Shown piece after piece: positions 1-12,632 of a stretch of 64,000 nt of DNA. The DNA comes from Mustelus asterias. Its lineage: Eukaryota. The notes beneath the pieces were generated by a model that was not told where the DNA came from, did not search any database, and was given only the letters and a program-made list of their open reading frames with translations. The stretch is from contig NC_135805.1 of assembly GCF_964213995.1 (NCBI RefSeq), forward strand, positions 145,762,001 to 145,826,000, written 5' to 3'. The translations under genes and the position numbers were made by a program. Within the stretch, counting starts at the first letter, position 1; every line of letters starts with the position of its first letter.

Positions 1-59
1 TAACCATTGTGCCATCTTCCCTCCCTAAAGAGCATTCCACCCAGGACCCTCCCTTCACT

Positions 60-310
60 CCATCCCCACAACCCCACACATTTACCATGGGCAATCCACC
101 AAACCTACACATCTCTGGATGCTAAGGGGTAATGTAACATGGTGATTCCACCTAACCTTCACATCTTTGGCGTGTGGGAGGAAACCAGAGTGCCCGGAGG
201 AAACCCGCACAGACACGGGGAGAGTGTGCAAACTCGACACAGACAGGCACCCAAGGCTGGAATTGAACTCAGGTCCCTGGAGTCGTGAGGCAGCAGTGCT
301 GACCATTGAA
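60..310 (-). mobile_element. Degenerate tRNA-derived SINE (HE1/V-SINE-like)
   Basis: Reverse complement gives GGTCAGCACTGCTGCCTCAC...GAGTTCAATTCC (A/B-box-like) and the GTGCGGGTTTCCTCCGGGCACTCTGGTTTCCTCCCAC core shared with the full copy at 14383-14726. Confidence 0.75.
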
Positions 311-1793
311 TTTGATGGTTAATTTGCTTGGGAGCTGTGAATTTCTGATATGTGAGTGTGGCTTTCAATTTGCAATTGTCAACTTCGGTCATGGAAGGTA
401 AGAGTTTATATCAGTTATTTCCAGGCTGGTGAATGTAGCATTATTGTTAGCCTGTCAGTGGCTGAACACATCACATTCTGATATGTGTTATTGTTTACCA
501 ATACTGTTTTTTTTTATTTGCTCTGTACCTGTCTAATTCTGATTTATTATTTTTGGTGTTATCCTACACTATTTCATAACATATTATTTTTATTTTTACT
601 CTGCACCTATCTGCTTCTAATAATGCGTGTCTAGTTTTATTCTCTAACTGTTAGTAATGTTATTATAATTGCATTATATTCTGTAAGCATTTCATTCTGA
701 TCACTGATTGAGTGTTTTCAAACTCTCTCTCTCTCTGCCTCTGGAATGTGGATATGTCTATTTTTTGCTATCTTCACCTGAATTGTGAATGGGTGATTCT
801 TTTCCCTGTCTTTACATTTTCTGAACTGTCGTCCCATATCCTTCAACTTCTCAAGAGACTAAACTCCAGGGAACATAATCCTCATTTACTCAGTCTCTCA
901 TCACAGGGCACCCTGAACCCAGGTACTAATTTAGTGAACCTTTGTTCAACAGTCTCCAATGTGAATATTGTTAACTACAATAAATCTGGTTCCCTAAACT
1001 TTTTTATGCGATTCTGGTTTTTAAACTTTATTCTTTTGCAAGTGAGTGTTGCTATTTTTTCTTTCACTGACACAATAATGGTGTTTTCTTTCTAGAGTCA
1101 GTTTGTGGTAACCTGCACTTTTTTTTCATTCTTGTGTAGAAATCCTTTTGTTTGACGATTGTTCATAATGATTGTAAAATAGAGTGTTCACTCTATGATT
1201 TCTCCTCTCTGTGTACTCTGAACCATTTGCATCACTCTGCACTCACCGTTTTTGCATATTGTATGTGAATACATGGATTTTGTGCCTCTGTGTATCGCTC
1301 AGTATTTGTAAAGCAGGCATAACTGGGAATCAAAATGTGTCTGGTAAAACCTGCGAGAGTGAGTTCCAGCAGAATCTGTCTGGAACAAATGTGAAGTTAA
1401 AGTTGATTGTGATGCAGTCAAAATATTTGAGTTCGATTTCTATAGTGCCATTCAATCTGTGGCATGTTGTATGTCTGTGGATTCAGCTCTCTGTCTATTC
1501 GACTTTGAAAAAAAAATCTATTACATATACGACTGTGGTGAAAGCTCTAAGCTTAATGTTCTCATAATCTCAGTGAATTGGGTTTAGTGCATGACTTCTC
1601 AGTTTCTTGAACATTTTGTGAGTGCAGACACGATTCTACATTTCCCTTGAATCAAATACGAATGTGGATTAACTTATCAAGATGTAGCTGACATTGTGTG
1701 TTTGATTCATTTAAACTCCCTTGTTCCTGCTGTTGGGTGTGACTGTGCCATCCTTATCTGTGGTCATTCAGTGCCTAATACATTGCATAATTT

Positions 1794-3307
1794 ACAAAGA
1801 ACAATACAGCACAGGAACAGGCCCTTCGGCCCTCCAAGCCCACGCCGCTCCCTGGTCCAAACTAGACCATTCTTTTGTATCCCTCCATTCCCACTCTGTT
1901 CATGTGGCTATCTACATAAGTCTTAAACGTTCCCAGTGTGTCCACCTCCACCACCTTGCCCGGCAGCGCATTCCAGGCCCCCACCACCCTCTGTGTAAAA
2001 TACGTCCTGCTGATATCCGTGTTAAACCTCCCCCCCCTCCACCTTGAACCTAAGACCCTTCGTCAACATCACCACCGACCTTGGAAAAAGCTTCCCACCG
2101 TTCACCCTATCTATGCCTTTCATAATTTTATACACCTCTATTAGGTCACCCCTCATCCTCCGTCTTTCCAGTGAGAACAACCCCAGTTTACCCAATCTCT
2201 CCTCATAACTAAGCCCTTCCATACCAGGCAACACCCTGGTAAACCTCCTCTGCACTCTCTCTAAAGCCTCCACGTCCTTCTGGTAGTGTGGCGACCAGAA
2301 CTGGGCGCAGTATTCCAAATGCAGCCAAGCCAACATTCTATACAACTGCAACATCAGACCCCAACTTTGATACTCTATGCCCCGTCCTATAAAGGCAAAC
2401 ATGCCATCTGCCTTATTCACTACCTTCTCCACCTGTGACGTCACCTTCAAGGATCTGTGGACTTGCACACCCAGGTCCCTCTGCGTATCTACACCCTTTA
2501 TGGTTCTGCCATTTATCGTATAGCTCCCCCCTACGTTAGTTCTACCAAAATGCATTGCTTCGCATTTATCTGGATTGAACTCCATCTGCCATTTCTTTGC
2601 CCAAATTTCCAGCCTATCTATATCCTTCTGTAGCCTCTGACAATGTTCCTCACTATCTGCAAGTCTAGCCATTTTCGTGTCGTCCGCAAACTTACTGATC
2701 ACCCCAGTTACACCTTCTTCCAGATCATTTATATAAATCACAAACAGCAGAGGTCCCAATACAGAGCCCTGCGGAACACCACTAGTCACAGGCATTCAGC
2801 CGGAAAAAGACCCTTCCACTACCACCCTCTGTCTTCTGTGACCAACACCAGGTTAAAGTCCAACAGGTTTATTTGGTAGCAAATACCATAAGCTTTCGGA
2901 GCGCATCTCCACTTCTGTGACCAAGCCAGTTCTCCACCCATCTAGCCACCTCCCCCTTTATCCCATGAGATCGAACCTTTTGCACCAACCTACCATGAGG
3001 GACTTTGTCAAACGCTTTACTAAAGTCCATATAGACGACATCCACGGCCCTTCCCTCGCCAACCATTCTAGTCACTTCTTCAAAAAACTCCAGCAGGTTA
3101 GTGAGGCATGACCTCCCTCTCACAAAACCATGCTGACTATCATCAATGAGTTTATTCCTTTCTAAATGTGCATACATCCTATCTCTAAGAATCCTCTCCA
3201 ACAACTTCCCTACCACGGACGTCAAGCTCACCGGCCTATAACTTCCCAGGTTATCCTTCCTACCCTTCTTAAATGACGGAACCACATTAGCTATCCTCCA
3301 ATCCTCC
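1794..3307 (-). mobile_element. 5'-truncated CR1 LINE (ORF2 RT fragment) interrupted by a small Penelope-derived insert
   Basis: ORFs 2869-3309 and 2022-2795 contain YRPVSLTS, DFSKAFDKV, GVPQGSVLGP and FADD motifs. CR1-type 3' tail near 1795-1830. Absent from the paralogous block near 17245. Confidence 0.92.
2846..2911. mobile_element. 66-bp Penelope-like fragment with 13-bp target duplication
   Basis: CTTCTGTGACCAA is duplicated at 2833-2845 and 2912-2924. The insert matches the CACCAGGTTAAAGTCCAACAGGTTTATTTGGTAGC repeat family. Confidence 0.8.
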
Positions 3308-5109
3308 ATTTTTGGACTATTTGTATCTGATTGTGGGGTAGTTTCTGTATTTGTGTAGATTTATTATCAACCAAATTATTTTCCCGATTCATCTATTTCG
3401 GAGAGTGTAACTAACTGTGGGATTTATTATATCGATTTCATTTTTGGCAGTTTTTATAACTAAAGTTTGCATCCTCAGTCTGTCAGCCTCTAGTATCGTG
3501 TATACAGGTAGCAATCAATCAGTAATTATTTTCGTCACTGGTAAGTGTTGAAATATATTCTTCTTGTGTCTGTCTGAGGCAAGAATGTGAATGGCAGATT
3601 CATTTTGCACCAATGATTCTCTGCTTATCTATCTAAGTGTAGTTTTCAATCTGTATCTGTTTTGTCGTAAGTGTGGGATATTCTGTATCTGAACTTTTTT
3701 TTATCTCAGGCATTGTGTTGGAAACTATTCGTTTAATATACTAACATATTAATTAATATCTGTTCATCATAGGATCTAATTTATAATATGGATCTGATCT
3801 ATGCTATAGTAATAGAGTACTCTCGCTGCATTTGAGTTGTGGAATGGTATTCATTTTGAAACTATGTGAATTCTAAAATGTGTCAATCAGATCAATGACC
3901 TTGCATTTAACTCCTGCAGTGTGTAATAAAAGATTTGTCCTCTTCTCTTTCAGTTTTATATAATGCGCTGGGATTTTTTTTTATGTTGGGCTGATATGCA
4001 AGATGTGGCCTTGGCTGAATTCTTGGGCACTTCATTGCAATTCATCCAGATTCTGCCTATAATTTATACGCTGCCCATTCTAGCTAAGATTAGCTATTTG
4101 ATTTCTGACTAGTTTCACAGAGGACATTGAAATCTGGAGTTTTAAAATTCTGTAGTTGATGTCTCCCCTTCTCAACTGGGTTAGAGGGAAATTTGAAAAA
4201 GTCATCCAATGACAAACTATTTTACTCTTGGATTGAAAATAGTTTTCTGACCTGGGAAACAATGTGGGACTGAATAATTATATTCTTCGTTACATTGGGC
4301 CTGATGATCCGGCAGTGTCTGTATACTTTGTGAGTGACAGTTTATCCACATTGTGTCAGAATTATCTTGGCATTTCAGGTGTTTAAGTTCTGCCTTTTTA
4401 AATTAATATTATTATGTATCTACCTTAATTACTCATTTCATCAGGCATCAGGTGAACCCATTGACTCAGCTTGCAAGCATTTTTTAATTGTATGTTTCAG
4501 TATTAATGATTGTTTTTCTTTTCTTGAATTAATTTATTAATTTGCAGGCCTATACTTTTCTTTTAAAAACGTTTCTATTCCAGAATCAAACAGAATTTTA
4601 CATTGAAAATACATTCATCATAAGATTATTTTGTTGTTCTTATTTTAACAGTGAACTACATCAATGCTGGAAATATTTAATTAAGTGCATTAAAAGTACA
4701 GAAAATATGGGAACACTGCAAAAGCCGGGAATCAAACAATGGTCAGTGGCATGGAAGGGAGCTCTTCTCACAGCTATCTGAAAATTGTGCTTCACACGAT
4801 GCTACGCACGCTGTATTTATACAAATGCTTCATCCCTTCAAACTTTAGAACTTTAAATTTGATCCATATAATGATTTGCAAACAGTTGACTCTGAAGGTA
4901 CCAGTTTCCTGTTTCCTCGTTCCAAGTTAAAATACTTCTGAATCAATCTTTACCTTGTTGTAGGACTCATTTTCAACCAGCAGATGGCAAGTCCACAATA
5001 AACTGGATCTTGCCGTCTGTGAACACAAAACTGGAAAGCAACGGGCCCGAAGCTGCACTTGAAGCTGGTGAAGATATCCTTCATCAAGAGGCAAATGCAG
5101 TCACCAGTT

Positions 5110-5575
5110 TAAAGTTTATGTCACAAGTAGGCTTACATTAACCCGCCAATGAAGTTCCTACGCAAATCCCTAAGTGCCTGTTCAGGTGTTAGGAATGGGT
5201 TAACAGTCATCTATTTAAGTCCTAAATTGGATGTTAATCATTGAGTAGAAATCACTAGGATATATAAAGAGGTTCCAGGTGGCACTGGGTTTTGGGTGTG
5301 TGTATGTGGAGTTATAAAAGATAATAAAGTGAGTTTGTGAAGAAGTTAGACTTGCATCATCTTTTATTAGGGTACAGCGAGAGAGAATTTAGCATGGCCG
5401 ATGCATCTAAACAGCACATCTGCCGAACTGTGGGAGGAAACTGGAGAACCCAGAGGAAACCTATGCAGACACGGGGAGAACATACAAACTCCACAAAGAC
5501 AGTGACCCAAGGATGGAACTGAACCCAGGTTCCTGGAGCTGTGAGGCAGCAGTGCTAACCACTGTGCCAACATGT
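5110..5575 (-). mobile_element. tRNA-derived SINE split by a small LTR-like insertion
   Basis: Body 5370-5575 and tail 5110-5186 (TCACAAGTAGGCTTACATTAAC) match the copies at 49030-49262 and 56650-56948. Confidence 0.7.
5187..5369 (+). mobile_element. Putative short solo LTR
   Basis: Starts TGTTAGG, contains TATATAAAG (~5261) and AATAAA (~5323), and interrupts an otherwise continuous SINE. The 3' CA end is not intact. Confidence 0.45.
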
Positions 5576-6631
5576 CACCCTGCAAGGGTTGAGTGGAATC
5601 AAAGGTTCCCCAGAAATTATGTCTGTGCTTGTATGTATGCCAGTGTATATGAGAGGATGGTGTGTGTGTGTTTGTAAAGAGGAAGGGGTGTGTTTGCATA
5701 TGTGTGTGAGAGCGAGAGGGGAGTGGTGTGTGTGTGTGTACAGTGGGGTTTGAGTTTCTGCATCTGCTGGTTTCTGGTTTGGGAGAACACTTTCTCTTCT
5801 ACGCTTGTTTAAATGAGGCCAAGTGAATGCGGGATCCCTCTGTGTCTGTCAGTTTTCTTTATCTTACCATGAATTTTTTTTTACATTGTGTTTGTGTATG
5901 GTAATTTCACTCTTCACATTGTTAATTGCTGCTGTGCAACAATTTGAAATATTTGATATATGTGTCATTGACTGTTTTATTTTGAATTTACCATTTTCTG
6001 TAATATGAATATGGCTGAAATTCTGCAAATAATGTGCTTAGTTAGGAGCTGTGTGCTTTACTTTCACTGTGTCTCTGACATGAAAATGTTTCTGATAGGC
6101 GTATGTGTGGGTTCCATTCAGCATTTTTAACTCTTGTGATAAGTAACTGCAAGTGTATATTCTCTGTAAATGTCAGGGTCACATATGTGTCCATGAATTT
6201 ATCCTGTGTCCCTTAGTTAATGGTAAGTGAATGAAAATGTCATCACTTCCTGACAATTTGTGATCTGAGACTGTTGGAATTTAAAATTTGCTTATCAGAT
6301 TCTGGTGTGCAGGTATTGCCTTTACTTCATTTCTCTCTCTGGTGTGTCACTTTCTGTTTCACTGGAAATCTTTGATATTTCAGTGCAAGGATCACTTTGT
6401 ACCTTTCAATTTCCAATTGAGCATTCACCTTTCTCACCAGTCTCTCCCAGTTCACTTAACATATTAGTTGTGTGTACATATTAACTTGCTACTGTAGCTA
6501 TCAATGTGTGCTTTCTGACTACATTTATCCTTCTTATCTTGAGAAACTTGCAATACCTGTTTTTATATTTATGTTGTGCAAAAGTGGTTTCATTGTGTTC
6601 CTGTTTCTGTTGTGGGTTTAGCATTTTGTTA

Positions 6632-6758
6632 TGATGTGGAATTGCTGGCGTTGGACTGGGGTAGGCACAGTGAATAGTCTCACCACACCAGGTTAAAGTC
6701 CAACAGGTTTATTTGGTAGCATGAGCTTTTGGTGCGTTGCTCCTTCATCAGGTGAGTG
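6632..6758 (-). mobile_element. Penelope-like 3' fragment with degenerate hammerhead motif
   Basis: Same family as 23866-24695. Reverse complement of 6720-6754 reads CAC CTGATGA A GGAGC AAC GCACC AAAA GCTC ATG. Confidence 0.7.
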
Positions 6759-8500
6759 CATTTGGTTGCCTGTCTATGTCATGGGAATCTGGGTTCAGTC
6801 TGTATCTGTCAGCCTCCTCTGATTCAAGCCCTTGGGTCCACTTAACTCTCTACCACACAGTTTTGAAGGAAAGAAGAGTGATTTAGCTCCATGGCTCATC
6901 ATAAATCTTATTACAATACATGTGTCAGTTTTTACAATGTGAGTTTTCTAAAATCTGTACATATCAAAGCTCTTATTTGGCAGGAGAGAATGTTTGTTTC
7001 TCTGTCTGCCACTTTATAACATTGAACATGAGTTCTGAACTGTTGTGTGAAATTTCAGTTGTGTGAAAGTGATTCCTTTCTGCATTTATTACCTATCAGC
7101 TTCTGATGTGTAATTGTGATTTTGGCACTTTGCCTGTCAGTTTCTGGTAATTGTGTGTGAGGGGTTAATTGTCCCTGAGCATTTCTGCTGTTTAAGAGAC
7201 TTCTTTGTACACGAGTGTTGTTTCTTTTGCCCTCTCTCCCTTAATCTGTCAGTTTCTGAATTATTCTGCATCTGGCACTGACTGATATGTGGATTTAATA
7301 TTAGTCAGCATTTGTCAGTTTTTGCTGTATGTTTAGAATGTGAACATCAATGAATCAGTGACTTTCCCTGTTGCAGATGAGCATGTTTTGACATCTGTTA
7401 ATTAATTTTATGAGCGTCACCTTAATTCTGCATCTAATAGTAAATGTAACATTGTGTGTGTGTGCACTTGCGTGTGAGTGTTTTCCATTAATATCTGTGA
7501 ACTATTATTGGTGTACAGACATTTGTCTTCAACTCAGTTTTCAACCTGTGAATGTTCATGTTATCAGCAATCATCAATTTATTTCATCTGTATCTATGAA
7601 AATTTGAATCGGATATTTCACAGGAGAGACATGGCACAAAAATGCAACTGTCAACTTCTGTTGTGTAACTGTGTGTTCTCCATTTTAATTTAAACTGGCA
7701 AGTTATCAATACTTTTTCTTAACTGCAGCCAACAATGTCGGCAATGTGAGTCAGCATGTTTTTACTGTTTAAATATTGCTGTTCAGGAAGAAGTGATTTT
7801 ATTCCATATCTCTCTGTCTCTAATATCTGTGTGTGTGTTTTACATGATGACTGTCTGTCTTTATTGTGGGAAACTGGGTTTATTGTCCAATGGGTTATGT
7901 TAGGAGTGATGTTGCGAAAGTTTCAGTATAACATATTTTATTTGCTGTGATCTAGTATTGTGACCATCAGTGTGAGTAATGATCTGGCATATGATGCATT
8001 ACTGAAATGCAAACAATATGAAAATGAAAGACAAATTTTGTAATCCTTGCAGTGGAATTTAAGGTATTGCTTTATGAGATGCCTGGGTAGAATTCTGTAC
8101 ATTTCAATCAGCTACAGTATCTAATATTTCATTTGCAGCTGAAGATCTAATCTTGAGGTGATTGGACCACCTTACAATGTGATTTGAGGGAAGATACTTT
8201 CACGCACCGCCTGGAAGGGTAGTAGAGATGGAGAAAAGTCAACCTTTAAAATGTATGTAGATGAATACTTGAATAAGGTTATGGGCCAAATGATTCGCTT
8301 CAGCATTTTGCACAAGGGTAAATCCGGTGGGATTATTGTTGATTTAGTTTCCTCCGTCTGAAGTTGATAAACCAAAGGGCCTCTGCCCTACTGTCTGACT
8401 CTCTCAATGCTTGCGACTTTGGACTAACACTGACTGACCTGTCCAGTGATATTGAGCAGGAGTGAATTGGAGAAATGTTTTTACCACCTGTACTTTAGTG

Positions 8501-9467
8501 CATAGAACATAGAACATAGAAAGCCACAGCACAAACAGGCCCTTCGGCCCACAAGTTGCGCCGATCACATCCCCACCTCTAGGCCTATCTATAGCCCTCA
8601 ATCCCATTAAATCCCATGTACTCATCCAGAAGTCTCTTAAAAGACCCCAACGAGTTTGCCTCCACCACCACCGACGTCAGCCGATTCCACTCACCCACCA
8701 CCCTCTGAGTGAAAAACTTACCCCTGACATCTCCTCTGTACCTACCTCCCAGCACCTTAAACCTGTGTCCTCTCATAGCAACCATTTCAGCCCTTGGAAA
8801 TAGCCTCTGAGAGTCTACCCTATCCAGACCTCTCAACATCTTGTAAACCTCTATCAGGTCACCTCTCATCCTTCGTCTCTCCAGGGAGAAGAGACCAAGC
8901 TCCCTCAACCTATCCTCATAAGGCATGCCCCCCAATCCAGGCAACATCCTTGTAAATCTCCTCTGCACCCTTTCAATGGCTTCAACATCTTTCCTGTAAT
9001 GAGGTGACCAGAACTGCGCGCAGTACTCCAAGTGGGGTCTAACCAGGGTCCTATAAAGCTGCAGCATTATCTCCCGACTCCTAAACTCAATCCCTCGATT
9101 AATGAAGGCCAGTACGCCGTACGCCTTCTTGACCGCATCCTCCACCTGCGAGGCCGATTTAAGAGTCCTATGGACCCGGACCCCAAGGTCCTTCTGATCC
9201 TCTACACTGCTAAGAATGGTACCCTTCATATTATACTGCTGCTTCATCCCATTGGATCTGCCAAAATGGATCACCACACACTTATCCGGGTTGAAGTCCA
9301 TCTGCCACTTCTCCGCCCAGTCTTGCATTCTATCTATGTCTCGCTGCAACTTCTGACATCCCTCCAAACTATCCACAACACCACCTACCTTGGTGTCGTC
9401 AGCAAACTTACCAACCCATCCCTCCACTTCCTCATCCAGGTCATTTATGAAAATGACAAACAGCAAG
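8501..9467 (-). mobile_element. 5'-truncated CR1 LINE
   Basis: ORF 8585-9466 has FADD and the CR1 C-terminal (RPHLEYCAQFWSP...FFTQRVV). (CATAGAA)n tail at 8501-8522. Absent from the paralogue near 28905. Confidence 0.92.
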
Positions 9468-10159
9468 GGTTGTTGGGATTTAACATGTTTACCTAGAACT
9501 GGAATTCAATGAAATTCTGACTATTTCTGATCGCTGAAACAGTGGATTTGATATGTCTGTGTCTCTGCACTCTAGGATTACTATTGTACCTACTGGCAGT
9601 TAGAAGTTGACAGGGGAACTTGTTCTTCTGCGATGAATCTGCACCTGGGAAATTATTTCTTATGTTCACCTAGAGGAAGGAAACAAATATCTTGTAAGTC
9701 AAGCTCAGTCGATGTCAAAGACATTTTACAATTGGTAATCAGTTAGAAAAACATGGTCTGCAGCTCATAACCAATAATAAAAAAGGTTTCTGATTCCACT
9801 TCCCCACACAGCCTCTATCCATCCGGTATTTTTGGTGCTTTGATAACACTTGACAACAGTTAGAATCTATCCACACCAGGACCGTTCAGAGGATGTCACT
9901 ACCCGGGGGGATAGTGAGCTTTTCTCACATCTGGTTACAATTTCACTTACCATTTAGTGAAACCAACAGCTGCTGCTAACACATTTCTTTCTCGTTTCTC
10001 AGCAGGATGAGCTGGTACCTCCGATCGTGTCAGTTACAGGATTGCTCCCATCCTCACTGTCCCGCCTGTTTCCACCATTCACTGGGCAGTGCCAACAAAC
10101 AAGCTGAACCGGGGGATTATACATCACAGGTTTGAGCAGAGAAAAACCCGATCATTTTC

Positions 10160-10560
10160 ACTAGCAGCTTATTCACCTTCTGGCTCCCTCAGCAGTGTCT
10201 CACACAGTCCCAGGAACGCCTCTCCCTCCCTCCCCCCCCCCCCCCCCCCGCGGCTCACTCCAATCCCGGAACAGGTTCCTGCTCCGCTCTGCCGCTTACA
10301 AACAGCTCCCGAATCTCCATAAACTTCCCCCGAGTCAGTGAGGATCTCTGAGCTCCTCTGTGTCCACACTCACCAATGGATGTGCTGCTGGGATGTGAAC
10401 GCTGCTTCCTCGCTGACCTGGGCGCTGACATTTCCATTTCAGTCAGGTTCAAACAAAGGATTTCCGCATCACGAAATGGGCGGAGCCAGGGGAGGGCAGT
10501 GCGCATGCGGTCAGGGCATCAGGGCTCTGCGCAGGGCAGCATCGCGCATGCGCCTCTCCA
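10160..10560 (-). promoter_or_regulatory. CpG-rich promoter / candidate first exon with two NRF1-type motifs
   Basis: TGCGCATGCG 10500-10509, CGCGCATGCGC 10543-10553, GGGCGG ~10478. Minus-strand donors G|GTGAGT (10373) and AG|GTGAAT (10176). The NRF1 motifs and both donors are retained in the paralogue at 29960-30520. Confidence 0.5.
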
Positions 10561-10604
10561 CAATCATTCAGAGAACAAATGCAATTTGCTGAGTTATAAT
10601 AAAG

Positions 10605-10807
10605 GCAAAAATACGGCGGATGCTGCAACCTGAAATCACAACAGAAAATGCTGCAAAATCTTACCAGGCCTGACAGCATCTGTGGAGAGAGAATAGAGCC
10701 AATGTTTCGAGTTAGGAAGAGGAAGGCTCCAAATATTCGCTCTATTCTCTCTCCACAGAAGCTGTCAAACCTGCTGAGATTTTCCAGCATTTTCTGTTTT
10801 TGTTCCA
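10605..10807. mobile_element. Hairpin (inverted-arm) non-autonomous repeat, paralogue at 30575-30777, related fragment at 47255-47400
   Basis: CAGAAAATGCTG...TGACAGCATCTGTGGAGAGAGAATAGAGC is mirrored by GCTCTATTCTCTCCACAGAAGCTGTCA...CAGCATTTTCTG. Confidence 0.65.
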
Positions 10808-11317
10808 ATTTGCACGGTTCCCCCCGTTCGATTTGCTCGCAGTTTGAGCAAAGGAAGCTGGACTGTGGGGAAAAGGCAGAGAACGGTTCAAGCTGCTGGA
10901 TAATCCCTGTCTGAAGTTCAAACTGAGATCATTCCCTCAGTGTCTTTGCTGTTCATCAGCACATCCTCACCAATACATCCTCACCCCGAATCGGTGTGTT
11001 TGCTGTGATATCGCAGGAGTTAATACCTGATCAGAACAGTCCCAGATTAATTTAATCAGTTTGAAAAGGTCGGGCACGAAGCGCTTTGTGTTAACATATT
11101 CGGAAGGATTGTACTGAGGCGGGAATATTACTGGCAAGTCTGAATTGAATAGATGCGGGTTTCGAACTAGCTTGTATCTGATATTCCAGTTTGTACGTTT
11201 TGTTCCTCGCGCTCTTTTCACTTCTGTTTGAATTTGAATCTAAAATGTCGGTTCGAGCCGGCAGGAGGAGGAGCTGAATGGTGAAAGACATTTCACTGCT
11301 CTGACTGTCTGTCAGTC

Positions 11318-11390
11318 TCCTCCCCGCCCCGCCTCTCTCTCTCTCTCTCGCTTTCTCAGCCAGGTCGGGGCGAGCTGTATAATAAAGGAA
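11318..11390 (+). promoter_or_regulatory. H4 proximal promoter (GC box, H4 site-II-like element, TATA)
   Basis: CCCCGCCCCGCC, TCAGCCAGGTCGG and TATAATAAA lie upstream of the ATG. Near-identical before the H4 copies at 41854 and 61953. Confidence 0.7.
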
Positions 11391-11431
11391 GCTGCAGCTG
11401 CTCCTCTCTCATTCAGCAGCGATTTGACTGA

Positions 11432-11752
<321 letters not shown>

Positions 11753-11783
11753 ACAAATTCACCCAATTCTCACAAAACCCAAA

Positions 11784-11799
11784 GGCTCTTATCAGAGCC
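11784..11799 (+). terminator. Histone 3' stem-loop (variant loop TATC)
   Basis: AAA-GGCTCT TATC AGAGCC-GCCCA, with purine-rich GAGAGC downstream element at ~11815. Confidence 0.9.
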
Positions 11800-12437
11800 G
11801 CCCACATCTTCACTGAGAGCACTGACCTTAGGCACAGGAGGGGAAAATGTAATTTGGAGCATTATTGCCGCGTATGAAAGATGTACATCTGGCAGAAAGA
11901 GACTTGCTGCATGTGGGGCCGATAAAATAAATAACAAATGTCCGATTTGCCGGTGTTTTAAATGATGTTTAAAGACCTTCATTCGGTTTGTAGCAATTCA
12001 CCTCCCTTCAACCTTCTAAAGCTTTCTCTTATTCTTCGAATCCACGATCATTTTAATGCAGAAGGAATCGCGTTAAATGAGGTTTGTGTGACACTTCGTT
12101 TTTCCCATACGACTCGGGAGTTTTATCCCAGCCCGGTCAATCTTATTGACCAACCAAATCAACTAATTCAAATTTTAGAGGAAGAATTAAAAGTGGCAGC
12201 TCCTAAAAAGGAGGGGAGCCGCTCGAAAAAAAGAGGAAGTGGAAAGAAAACTTAAACATCAAATCGAAATGAGATAAAAGGGTTTAATAATTCCCTGCGG
12301 TGCCCAGCGGGCAGGAAGGGTCGATCACGAAATGAAACTGAATTTAATCCTGGGGCTAAAACACTGAGCAAACATTGAGATTGTTTGCGATTTTTAAATA
12401 AGAGACAAATCATTTAATTTCCGATTCGCGACCCTCA

Positions 12438-12632
12438 GAAATTGGCGGGCTTTTTGTAATTGAAGAAAAGTCAGTTGCAGTTCCACCAATCAGGGCCCTG
12501 AAATAATTGTCGCACATCTTTTCAAACTTGCTGGCCCCAAGCATCCGCGGGGAGCGCGCCGAAAAACCCACCTCAGCACTCAATCCAACAAAGGCTGAAG
12601 AGCAACCAAGTCTGTCAGGGAAAGAGCTGCAA
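12438..12632 (+). pseudogene. Histone H3 relic (promoter remnant, last codons and broken 3' end)
   Basis: 12531-12560 encodes LAPSIRGERA (H3 C-terminus is [10 protein letters not shown]), with stop TAA changed to GAA. The trailer aligns with the H3 3' UTR at 63704-63775: stem-loop collapsed to GGCTGAAGAGC, AAAGAGCTG retained. Upstream GAAATTGGCGG and CCAATCAG match the H3 promoter. Confidence 0.8.

Larger units (their letters stand above)
815..11300. repeat. Segmental duplication block A, copy 1 (non-coding, T-rich, ends in H4 upstream region)
   Basis: Collinear by-eye matches to 16335-31540: 841 vs 16362, 3480 vs 17406, 4700 vs 18600, 7130 vs 21910, 9600 vs 29045, 10060-10990 vs 29830-30980. 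Confidence 0.85.

Noticed and set aside
4300-4400. C/D-box snoRNA suggested by conserved TGATGA
   Set aside because: No suitably placed D box or terminal stem was seen, and the third paralogue has TAATGA.
10232-10249. Poly-C/G tracts (also 47875-47900 and 55821-55844) as G-quadruplex elements
   Set aside because: Not conserved in the paralogue (C6 at ~30023), and homopolymer lengths are error-prone.
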